A DNA stretch of 61,746 nt, filler included, from Chiloscyllium plagiosum (lineage: Eukaryota), in NCBI RefSeq assembly GCF_004010195.1. It is 3 parts of one record of this genome, joined end to end, with 100 filler letters (N's around TTAATTAATTAA, not from the genome) between each part and the next. Parts side by side here need not be neighbours in the genome. Positions count along the whole stretch, not along the records: positions 45,169 to 61,746 come from NC_057717.1; 2 more parts are not named here. One strand, given 5' to 3'. The notes under the pieces were generated by a model. That model was not told where the DNA came from, ran no database searches, and saw only the letters and a program-made list of their open reading frames with translations. A program made the translations under genes and the position numbers. Each line of letters starts with the position of its first letter. Within the stretch, counting starts at the first letter, position 1. This document shows positions 51,101 through 61,746 of this stretch, piece after piece.

Positions 51101-54100
51101 ATGGAGTGAGTGTGAGGGGGCCAGGGTAATGGTGATGGAGTGAGTGTGAGAGAGTCAGGGTGACTGTGATGGAGTGAGTGTGAGAGGGTGAGTGTGAGAA
51201 GGTGAGTGTGCCGCTGATGGAGTGAGTGTGCAGGGGTCAGGGTGACAATGATGGGATGAGTGGGAGTGGGCCAGGGTGACTGTGAGTGGTCAGGGTGATA
51301 GTGATCAAGTGAGTGTGAGGGGGTTAGGATGACAGAGATCGAGTGAGTGTGAGAGGGTCAGTGTGACGGTGATGGAGTGTGTGTGAGGGTGTGAGGGTGA
51401 CAGTGATGGAGTGAGTGTGAATGGGTCAGGGTGACTGTCATGGAGTGTGTAGGGGGATTATGGTGATGGAATGAGCGTGAGGGAGTCAGGGTGATGGTGA
51501 TGGAGTGAGTGTGAGGGGTCAGTATGATTGTGATGGAGAGAGTGTGAAGGGGTCATGGTGATGGTGATGAAGTGAGTGTGAGGGAGTCAGGCTGACTGAT
51601 AGAGCGAGAGTGAGGGGGACAGGGTGAAAGTGATAGAGTGAATGTGAGGGGTTCATTGTGACGTAATGGAGTGAGTGTGAGGGGGTCAGGGTGACAGTGA
51701 TGGAGAGAGTCTGAGTGGGCCGATGTAACGGTGATGGATTGAGTGTGTGGGGGTCAAGTGGATGGAGAATAAGTGAGTGTGAGGGAATCAGGTTGACTGT
51801 GATAGAGTGAGTGTGAGGTTGTCAGGGTAACGGTGATGGAGTGAGAGTGAGGGGATCAATGTGATCGTGATGGAGTGAGTGTGAGGGGGCAGGGTGACAG
51901 TAATGGAGTGAGTGTAAATGGGTTCAGGGAGACGGTAATGGAGTGAGTGTGAGGGGGTCAGGGTGACAGTGATGGAGTGAGTGTGAAGGGGCTCAGTGTG
52001 ATGGAGATGGAGCGAATGTGAGGGGGTCAGTGTGACGGTGTTGGAATGAGTGTGAGCGTGTCAGTGTGACGGTGATGGAGTGAGTGTGAGGGGATCAGTG
52101 TGAGGGTGATGGAGTGAGTGTGAGGGGTCAGTGTCACTGATGGAGTAAGTGTGATGGGGCTGGAGTCTGTGTGAGAGGGTCAGGGTGAAAGTGATGGAGT
52201 CAGTGTGAGGGGTCAGTGTGACTGATGGAGTGAGTGTGAGGGGATCATGGTAACCATGGTGGAGTGAGTGTGGGGGTGTCAGGTACAGGGTGAAGAAGCG
52301 AGTGTGAGAGGGTCAGGGTGACAGTGATGGAGTGAGTGTGAAAGGGTCGGGGTGACAGTGATGGAGTGAGTGTGAAATGGTCAGGGTGAGGGTGATGGAG
52401 TGACTGTGTGGGGGTCAGCATGACAGTCAGTTTGAGGGTTCAGGGTGAGGGTGATGGAGTGAGTGTCATTGGGGTCAGGGTCATGTTGACGGATTAAGTG
52501 TGAGTACATCAATGTGATGATGATGGAGTGAGTGTGAGAGGGTCAGTGTGACAGTGATGGAGTGAATGTGAGGGGGTCTGGGTAATGGAGATGAAGTAAG
52601 TGTGAGGAGGTCAGGGTGATGATGATGGAGTGAGTGTGAGAGGGTCAGAGTGACGATGATTGAGTTAGTGGGAGGGGGGTTAGACTGACGATGATGGAGA
52701 GAGTATGAAAGGGTCAGGGTGAGGGTGAAGGAGTGAGTGTGACGGGGTCAGGCTGACGGTGAGGGAGTGAGCGTGAGGGGTTCAAAATGACGGTGACGTA
52801 GTGAGTGTGAGTGGTTCAGGGTGACGGTAATGGAGTGAGTGTCTGGGGGTCAGTGTGACGGTGATGTAGTGTGTATGAGGGTGTCAGGGTGACGGTGATG
52901 AAGTGAGTGTGAGGGCGTCAGTGTGACGTTGATGGAGTGAGTGTGGGAGGGCCAGGGTGACAGTGATGGAGTGAGTCTGAGGGGGTCATGGTGACTGTGA
53001 TGGAGTGAGCGTGAAGGGGTCAGGATGAGGGTGATGGAGTGAGTGTGAGGCGGCCAAGGTGACAGTGATGGAGTGAGCGTGCGAGGGTCAGGATGATGGT
53101 GATTGAGTAAGTGTGAGGGTGTAAGGGTGACGGTGATGGAGTGAGTGTGAGAGGGTCAGGGTGACGATGATGGAGAGAGTGCGATGGGGTCTGGGTGAGG
53201 GGGATGGAATACGTTTGAGAGGGTCAGGGTGATGGTGATACAGTAAGTATGAGGTGGCCAGAGTGAGGGTGATGAAGAGAGTTAGAGGGGTCAAGGTGAC
53301 AGTGATGGAGTGAGTGTGAGACTGTCAGGGTGACGGTGATGGAGTTGGTGTGAGTGGGTCAGTGTGAGGGTGAGGGAGTAAGTGTGAGGTGGGCAAGGTG
53401 AGGGTGATGAAGTGAGTGTGTGAGGTCAGGGTGAAGGTGATTCTTTCAGTGTGAGGTGGTCAGGGTGACGGTGACCAAGTGAGTGTGAGGGGGTCAGATT
53501 AACCAGGTTGGAGTGAGTGTGAGGGGAACTGGGTGACGGTGATGGAGTGAGTGTGAGAGGGTCATGGTGACGGTGATGGAGTGAGTGTGAGGGGGTCAGG
53601 GTGATGGTGAAGGAGTGAGTGTGAGGGGTCAGGGTGACAGTGATGGAGTGACTGTGAGGTGTCAGGGTGACAGTGATGGAGTGAGTGTGAGGGGTTCAAT
53701 GTGACGGAGCTAGAGTAAGTGTGAGCAGGTCAGGGTGACTGTGATGACGTGGGTGTGAGGTGATCAGTGTGACGGCAATGGTGTGTGTGTGAGGGGGTCA
53801 GAGCGACGCTGATGGAGTCAGTTTGAGGTGGTCAGTGTGAAGGTGATGGAGTGAGTATGAAAGGTTCAAGGTGATGGTGTGAGTGTGAGGGGATCAGGGT
53901 GACAGTGATAGAGTTACTGGGAGGGATCAGGGTGACGGTGATGGAGTGAGTGTGAGGGGGTCAGTGTGATGTTGATGGAGTGAGTGTGAGGGAAGTATGG
54001 TGACCATGGTGGAGTGAGTGTGAGGGGGTCAGGCTGACAGTGATGGAGTGAGTGTGATAGGGTTGGGGTGATGGTGATGAGTGAGTATGAGGGGGTCAGG

Positions 54101-57100
54101 GCAACGTTGATGGAGTGAGTGTGAGTGGGCCAGGGTGACGGTGATGGAGTGAGTGTGAAGCGGTCAGTGTGAGTGTGATGGAATGAGTGTGAGGGGGTCA
54201 GGGTGACGGTGATGTAGTGTGTGTGAGGGCGTCAGTGTGACGTTGATGGAGTGAGTGTGAGGGTGTCAGGGTGGTGATGAGGAAGTGAGGGTGAGGGGGT
54301 CAGGTTGAGGGTGATGGAGTGAGGGTGAGGGAGTGAGGGTGAGGGGGTCAGGCTGAGGGTGATGGAGTGAGTGTGTGATGAGTGTGAAGGAGTGAGAGAG
54401 TGAATAATGAGGGTGATGGTGTGAGTGAGTAATGAGGGTGATGGAGTGAGTGAGTGCTGAGGGTGATGGAGTAAGTGAGTGATGAGTGTGATGGAGTGAG
54501 TGAGTGNNNNNNNNNNNNNNNNNNNNNNNNNNNNNNNNNNNNNNNNNNNNNNNNNNNNNNNNNNNNNNNNNNNNNNNNNNNNNNNNNNNNNNNNNNNNNN
54601 NNNNNNNNNNNNNNNNNNNNNNNNNNNNNNNNNNNNNNNNNNNNNNNNNNNNNNNNNNNNNNNNNNNNNNNNNNNNNNNNNNNNNNNNNNNNNNNNNNNN
54701 NNNNNNNNNNNNNNNNNNNNNNNNNNNNNNNNNNNNNNNNNNNNNNNNNNNNNNNNNNNNNNNNNNNNNNNNNNNNNNNNNNNNNNNNNNNNNNNNNNNN
54801 NNNNNNNNNNNNNNNNNNNNNNNNNNNNNNNNNNNNNNNNNNNNNNNNNNNNNNNNNNNNNNNNNNNNNNNNNNNNNNNNNNNNNNNNNNNNNNNNNNNN
54901 NNNNNNNNNNNNNNNNNNNNNNNNNNNNNNNNNNNNNNNNNNNNNNNNNNNNNNNNNNNNNNNNNNNNNNNNNNNNNNNNNNNNNNNNNNNNNNNNNNNN
55001 NNNNNNNNNNNNNNNNNNNNNNNNNNNNNNNNTCGGGAAGTGGAAGAGATGCGGTGGAGGGCATCGTCGACCACGTCGGGGGGGAAATTGCGGTCCTTGA
55101 AGAAGGAGGCCATCTGGGATGTGCGTTTTTGGAACTGGTCCTCCTGGGAGCAGATGCGGCAGATGCCACAGATTCACCTGTAAAACTTCCATATCTGCCA
55201 CAGATTCACCTGTACCTCCACGCATATCATCTATTGCATCCTTTGCACCCAATGTGGCCTCCTCTATATTGGGGAGACAGGCCGCCTACTTGCGGAGCGT
55301 TTCAGAGAACACCTCTGGGACACCCGGACCAACCAACCAAACCACCATGTAGCTCAACATTTCAATTCCCCCTCCCACTCCACCAAGGATATGCAGGTCT
55401 TTGGACTCCTCCATCGTCAGACCACAGCAAAACGACGGTTGGAGGAACAACGCTTCATCTTCCGGCTAGGAACCCTCCAATCACAAGGGATGAACTCGGA
55501 TTTCACCAGTTTCCTCATTTCCCCTCCCCCCAGCCTGTCTCAGTCAAATCCATCATATTCAGCACCGCCTTCCTAACCTGCAATCTTCTTCCCGACCTCT
55601 CCGCCCCCACCCCAGTCTGACCTATCACCCTCACCTTGACCTCTTTCCACCTATCACATTTCCAACGCCCCTCCCCGAAGTCCCTCCTCCCTATCTTTTA
55701 TCTTAGCTTGCTGGACCAACTTTCCTCATTCCTGAAGAAGGGCTAATGCCCGAAACCTCGATTCTCCTGTTCCCTAGATGCTGCCTGAGCTGCTGCGTTT
55801 TTCCAGCAACACATTTCCATAAGTGTGAGGGTGTAAGGGTGACGGTGATGGAGTGAGTGTGAGGGGGTCAGGGTGACGATGATGGAGAGAGTGTGATGGG
55901 GTCTGGATGAGAGGGATGGAATAAGGATGAGAGGGTCAGGGTGATGGTGATACAATAAGTATGAGGTGGCCTGGGTGAGGGTGATGGAGGGAGTGAGAGG
56001 GGGTCAAGGTGACAGTGATGGAGTGAATGTGAGACTGTCAGGGTGACGGTGATGGAGTTGGTGTGAGTGGGTCAGTGTGACGGTGATGGAGTGAGCGTGA
56101 GGGGGTCAGCTTGAGGGTGATTGTGGCAGTGTGAGGGGGTCAAGGTGATTGTGATCAAGTGAGTGTGAGGGTGTCAGATTAACCAGGTTGGAGTGAGTGT
56201 GAGGGGAACTGGGTGACGGTGATGGAGTGAGTGTGAGAGAGTCAGGGTGACAGTGATGAAGTGAGTGTGAGGGTTTAGGGTGACAGTGATGGAGTGAGTG
56301 TGAGGGGTTCAACGTGACGGAGATAGAGTGAGTGAGAGGCGGTCAGTATGTGTGATGGAGTGAGCGTGAGAGGATCAGGGTGAGGGAGTAAGTGTGAGGT
56401 GGGTAATGTGAGGGTGATGAGGCGAGTTTGAGAGGGTCAGGGTGATGGTGAAGGAGAGAGTTTGAGGGGGAAAGGGTGACAGTCATGGAGTGAGTGTGAG
56501 GGGTTCAACGTGATGTTGATGGAGTGAGTGTGAGGGGGTGGGTGTGACAGTGATGGAGTGAATGTGAGGGGTTCTGGGTGACCATGATGGTGTGAGTGTG
56601 AGGGGTTCAATGTGACAGAGATAGAGTGAGTGTGAGGGGGTCAAGGTGACTGTGATGACGTGGGTGTGAGGTGATGAGTGTGATGGCAATGGAGTGAGTG
56701 TGAGGGGGTCAGGGTGACGCTGATGGAGTGAATGTGAGGGCGTCAGTGTGACGGTAATGGAGTGAGTTTGAGTTGGTCAGTGTGAAGGTGATGGAGTGAG
56801 TGTGAGAGGGTCAGGGTGACGGTGATGGAGTGAGTGCGAAAGGGTCAAGGTGATGGTGATGGAGTGAGTGTGAGGAGGTCAGGGTGAGGGTAATGGTGTG
56901 AGTGTGTCAGGATGGCAGTGATGGAGTTAGTGTGAGGGGATCAGGGTGATGGTGATGGAGTCAGAGTGATGGGGGTGGAGCCAGTGTGAGAGGGTCAGGG
57001 TGACAGTGATAGAGTGAGTATGAGGTGGCCAGGGTGAGGGTGAAAAGCGAGTGTGTGGGGGTCAGGGCAACAGTGATGGAGTGAGTGTGAGAGGGTAATA

Positions 57101-57289
57101 GGGACGGTGATGGAGTGAGTGTGAGAGGGTAATGGTGACGGTGATGTAGTGTGTGTGAGTGGGTCAGGGTGATGGAAATAGAGTGAGCGTGAGGGGGTCA
57201 GGGTGACAGTGATGGAGGAGTGTGAAAGGGTCAGGGTGATTGTGATGGAGTGAATGTGCGGGGGTCAGCGTGACGGTGATTGAGTCAGT
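45169..57289. repeat. ~12-kb G/T-rich satellite, 34-bp unit (GAGTGAGTGTGAGGGGGTCAGGGTGACAGTGATG)
   Basis: Period 34, e.g. atggag at 46801, 46835 and 46869; interrupted by a gap and a Penelope insert. Confidence 0.97.
55033..55818 (+). mobile_element. Young Penelope-like element inside the satellite, with open GIY-YIG frame and inverted 5' part
   Basis: 55184-55576 is open: FHICHRFTCTSTHIIYCILCTQCGLLYIGETGRLLAERFREH...LEEQRFIFRLGTLQSQGMN. 55033-55165 is upstream ORF sequence on the minus strand (MASFFKDRNFPPDVVDDAL). Terminal repeat at ~55725-55818. Confidence 0.93.
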
Positions 57290-58902
57290 NNNNNNNNNNN
57301 NNNNNNNNNNNNNNNNNNNNNNNNNNNNNNNNNNNNNNNNNNNNNNNNNNNNNNNNNNNNNNNNNNNNNNNNNNNNNNNNNNNNNNNNNNNNNNNNNNNN
57401 NNNNNNNNNNNNNNNNNNNNNNNNNNNNNNNNNNNNNNNNNNNNNNNNNNNNNNNNNNNNNNNNNNNNNNNNNNNNNNNNNNNNNNNNNNNNNNNNNNNN
57501 NNNNNNNNNNNNNNNNNNNNNNNNNNNNNNNNNNNNNNNNNNNNNNNNNNNNNNNNNNNNNNNNNNNNNNNNNNNNNNNNNNNNNNNNNNNNNNNNNNNN
57601 NNNNNNNNNNNNNNNNNNNNNNNNNNNNNNNNNNNNNNNNNNNNNNNNNNNNNNNNNNNNNNNNNNNNNNNNNNNNNNNNNNNNNNNNNNNNNNNNNNNN
57701 NNNNNNNNNNNNNNNNNNNNNNNNNNNNNNNNNNNNNNNNNNNNNNNNNNNNNNNNNNNNNNNNNNNNNNNNNNNNNNNNNNNNNNNNNGTATCACAAAG
57801 TCCTGTAATCCCTCTCCATCTATGTAATACACAGTCTGTTATTCTTCCTGAAAAAAAATCACAGGTTCACTGTTATCCACATTATATTCGATCAACCAAG
57901 TTGCTGTCTGTTCCTTATCCATTTACAGAATCTCTACCTCCCTTTGATAACCTCAGTTCCTCTCGATCTAAATTGTGTTAGAACATGTTTGTTCCATTGC
58001 TGGAATCCATTGATAGAGTTTGCAAATAGTTGAGGTCCCAGCACTGGTCACTGTGTCACTGCAGTAGTTAATTTGTGTTAAACTGATCGAGACTGATTGC
58101 TCCCTAATTTATTCCTGCTCCTGGAATAACCCGTCCCCCCAGCTTTGAAAGGCTGAATGTCCCCTTCCATTTTCTGTGTAACAGCTATGAGAGATTAAAA
58201 GATCTGCTCCAATCGCTGAGTAACAGCCTCCAATGGCCGAATGGGCTCATTCTGTTCCTGTTTAAAATTCTTGATGGACCGAATTTTAGAAGGAAGTGCC
58301 ACATAACACAGTGGGCAGGGTCTTCAATATGAGGCTGAGACTTTCCCTCCACCAGGACTATGTGCTGGCTGCTCCTACAGATACTGTCAGGGGCAGATCC
58401 CTCTGGGACAAGGGGTTTGGTGAGAATGTTTCCCTCCATTTAGTCCCCCCATCACTTCCCCCAGTCTGGCTGCTGTGTATGTGAGGTTTCTCCCTGCTCA
58501 GTCAGAGCTGGGCCTGTGGGGACACACTTGGTGATGGTGAAGTCCCACACCCAGAGAACGGTCTGTGTCCTTATCACCCTCAGTGCTTACTCTGATTTGT
58601 TTTCAACATCGAGGGGAACTGAGTTATCACCGGGGTAGGGATGGGGGCAGGAGATGACCGACCTCAGGCGATTTCCTTGACCATGTGTGACCTGGTGTGA
58701 GCTTTCCCGGGTTCTGGAATCAATTTTGGAAAATTGCAGGGTAACTCCTTCCCTGATTGTATCCCAGGGAGTCCCCACCACTGGTGGGTCTGTCCTGCTG
58801 GTGGGACAGGATATACCCAGGGATGGCGATGGGGCTTCATGAAACATGACCCACCAGGCCTGGTCCCGTGAGTGTGACGGTGTCAGACTGTTTTCTGACT
58901 GG

Positions 58903-59168
58903 GAGGGTGGTGCTGGAAAAGCATAGCAGGTCAGGCAGCATCCGAGGAGCAGGGGAATGAACAGTTTAGGCATAATCCCTTTATCAGGAATGAGGCTTGT
59001 GGGCCGAGGGTCTGAGAGATAAATGGGAGGAGGCTAGGGCTGGGGTTGGGACAGGGGCTGGGGGGGAAGGAAGCTGGGAATGTGATCAGAAAATGGTGGT
59101 GGGGGAGAAGTGACAGGTCAGAGAGGAGGGTGGAGTGGATGGGAGGGAAAGGAGATTGACAGGTCAAG
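58903..59168 (-). mobile_element. Penelope 3' end with decayed terminal repeat
   Basis: gtggtgctggaaaagcatagcaggtcaggcagcatccgagg...tcaggaatgagg, as in the other copies. Confidence 0.85.
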
Positions 59169-59170
59169 GT

Positions 59171-59435
59171 GTTCCCTGGAACGTTCTGTCCCCGACATTC
59201 CGTAACTGCCATTCCCCGGAACGTTCTGTCCCCGACATTCTATAACTGTCATTCCCCGGAACGTTCTGTCCCTGACATTCTATAACTGACATTCCCTGGA
59301 ACGTTCTGTCCCTGGCATTCGAGAACTGTCATTCCCCGGAACGTTCTGTCCCCGACATTCTACAACTGTCATTCCCCGGAACGTTCTGTCCCCGACATTC
59401 TATAACTGCCATTCCCTGGAACATTCTATCCCTGA
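59171..59435. repeat. 40-bp minisatellite, ~6.5 copies
   Basis: ttccc(c/t)ggaac(g/a)ttct at 59172, 59212, 59252, 59292, 59332, 59372 and 59412. Confidence 0.97.
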
Positions 59436-60989
59436 CGTTGTTTGTGAACGGCTGGACGTCAGTGAATTGAACAAATGATAAGATCCCGAGGGAAGACATC
59501 CCTTTCCAGGGAGAAGGAGACACTGTTCCGAAGGCCCCTCAGGCAGTTAAAGGGGTGAATACATTTTCCCTGTGTTTACATTTCTTCACGCCACAGGATC
59601 GACCACAATTTAGACCAAAATACAGAAAATCCCAAACTCCATTTGTCTTCAGGAAACTGGGAGAGAATCCTTCAGGACAGCAACGTTTCCACCCTCCGTA
59701 TTAGGAACTGGGAAGGAGTGACCTGTGTCTGCTCTCGAATGAGCGAGTGTGTGGGAAAGTTCTAGAAACCATCTGTCCTTATGGATGTGTCTCTGTGTGT
59801 TTGGGGAGGGAGGGTTTCTTGTGGTTTATGTCAGATTTTTGTCAGTAATTCCGACCTTGCCATTTGTTATTCCAGATCCAATTATTTTAATAAATCCCTG
59901 AATACAGGGACACATTTGAAAATCTCACTGGGTNNNNNNNNNNNNNNNNNNNNNNNNNNNNNNNNNNNNNNNNNNNNNNNNNNNNNNNNNNNNNNNNNNN
60001 NNNNNNNNNNNNNNNNNNNNNNNNNNNNNNNNNNNNNNNNNNNNNNNNNNNNNNNNNNNNNNNNNNNNNNNNNNNNNNNNNNNNNNNNNNNNNNNNNNNN
60101 NNNNNNNNNNNNNNNNNNNNNNNNNNNNNNNNNNNNNNNNNNNNNNNNNNNNNNNNNNNNNNNNNNNNNNNNNNNNNNNNNNNNNNNNNNNNNNNNNNNN
60201 NNNNNNNNNNNNNNNNNNNNNNNNNNNNNNNNNNNNNNNNNNNNNNNNNNNNNNNNNNNNNNNNNNNNNNNNNNNNNNNNNNNNNNNNNNNNNNNNNNNN
60301 NNNNNNNNNNNNNNNNNNNNNNNNNNNNNNNNNNNNNNNNNNNNNNNNNNNNNNNNNNNNNNNNNNNNNNNNNNNNNNNNNNNNNNNNNNNNNNNNNNNN
60401 NNNNNNNNNNNNNNNNNNNNNNNNNNNNNNNNNNNNNNNNNNNNNNNNNNNNNNNNNNNNNNNNNNNNNNNNNNNNNNNNNNNNNNNNNNNNNNNNNNNN
60501 NNNNNNNNNNNNNNNNNNNNNNNNNNNNNNNNNNNNNNNNNNNNNNNNNNNNNNNNNNNNNNNNNNNNNNNNNNNNNNNNNNNNNNNNNNNNNNNNNNNN
60601 NNNNNNNNNNNNNNNNTAATCAATCCATCCGGGATTTTCTCATTTCAGTTCAGTGTTTCAGCGATGGAGCAGCCTATCGCTATGGTAACAGACTGAGGGT
60701 AGTGCTGGTTTGTTCATCCTTATCCCACAGGGGGGTTACAGGGAAACATTTCAATGCTTCTCACAACTCAGGGGCCAGTGAGAAAAGGCACCATCCCACT
60801 GACTGTATCCATCACTTCCATTTGTACACAATAAAAATGTTGATTAAAGCGTGCTGAGCAGCAGAGTGACCGATGTTGTTGTGCGTCTTTGTGTTGGAGA
60901 AGCTGAGCTGGCGAGAGACAGACTCAGCCCCAAGTCCTGGTCCTCAGAGAAGGGGAGGGCACCGCGCCCTGAGCTCAGGAGCTGGGTTT

Positions 60990-61746
60990 AACTCCCTCTG
61001 TCCCCCCGACTCCAACCTGACCTCCCCATTTCCTCTCCCCTACTCTTTCTCATCTCTTCTTCCGCCCTCCCTATCTTTCTGCACAGTCTCTTTCTCACTT
61101 CCTCTCCCTTTCACTCTCTAGTCCCTCTCAGACACCCCCAACCCCGATTTCTCCACCTGCCTCCACTATTGTTTCTCTCGCACCCTCCTCCTCTCCCTCT
61201 CACACTCCCAACATGAGTTTCTCCATCTGCCTCCATTCTTCTCTCCCTCTCTCACCCTTACTCTCTCTCTCCTGCCGTCTCTGTCTCCATCCCGCAATTC
61301 CGTCTCTATCCCATTTTCCCCTCCTCCCACTTCCCACATCTCTCTATCATCTCACCCCACCCCCCACACGCAGCCTCAACACCACCCCCAGTCTCTGGGT
61401 TAGAGGGAGAGGGAAGGACCAGGGAGACAGAGTGTGTCAGAGAGAGAGGAAGGGACAGAAGGAAGAGAGATTCAGTCAGAGAGAAACGGAGGGAGGTGGG
61501 GAGAGAGAGACACCGAGGGAGGGGGATCAACTGTGAGAGAACGGGGAGAGAGAGTGAAGGAGCAGAAAGAGAGAGAGCAGGGGGCAAGAGAGAGATAGGG
61601 TGAAGTAGGGAGAGAGAGAGAGACAGGGGAGAAGATAATGAGAGGCAGAGGAGAGAGAGAGAGAGAATGACAGAGAGGTGCGAGGGAGGGAGTGAGAAAG
61701 AAAGGGGGCAAGTCTTAGAGAGAGAGAGGGAAAGGAGAGAGAAAGT
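60990..61746. repeat. Low-complexity CT-rich tract followed by a GA-rich tract
   Basis: Polypyrimidine to ~61395, polypurine from ~61400 to the window end. Confidence 0.9.

Noticed and set aside
45844..56689. His/Thr/Pro/Ser-rich minus-strand ORFs suggesting a mucin or metal-binding protein
   Set aside because: Translations of a 34-bp (non-triplet) satellite with frequent stops and frame changes.
58307..58345. CACAGTG recombination-signal heptamer
   Set aside because: No ACAAAAACC-like nonamer at 12 or 23 bp and no adjacent V, D or J segment.
59171..59435. CRISPR-like regular array with palindromic core
   Set aside because: Units are contiguous with no unique spacers, there are no cas genes, and the context is vertebrate.
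60649..60705. J-segment-like peptide YRYGNRLRVV
   Set aside because: Lacks the F/W-G-x-G motif, an upstream RSS and a proper donor.
38511..60857. Long ORFs containing X runs
   Set aside because: Their length comes from reading through N gaps.

Overview
Repeat-dense vertebrate genomic DNA, most likely from a shark or other cartilaginous fish; this is inferred from the repeat families (CR1/HER1-type LINE tails, an HE1-like SINE, Neptune-type Penelope elements) and a GPR139-like exon. There are several N gaps and two artificial 100-bp joins (N44-TTAATTAATTAA-N44 at 30899 and 45069), so order and orientation across them are unverified. Most of the window is transposon debris: many CR1 LINE fragments (one young 2.4-kb copy), Penelope-like elements whose termini carry hammerhead-ribozyme-like cores, two decayed Gmr1-type Gypsy LTR elements, an L1 5' end, Harbinger transposase and Myb/SANT relics, and an internally deleted class I endogenous retrovirus with a tRNA-His PBS. 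Host-like sequence is limited to (i) exon 1 of a GPR139-like GPCR with a 14-aa N-terminal tandem repeat, plus an inverted paralog whose coding exon falls exactly in an assembly gap, and (ii) a few candidate minus-strand exons of an unidentified gene. A ~12-kb 34-bp G/T-rich satellite with higher-order structure fills 45.2-57.3 kb. No complete host gene, CRISPR array or rRNA/tRNA gene is supported. All calls come from reading motifs by eye, without database searches.
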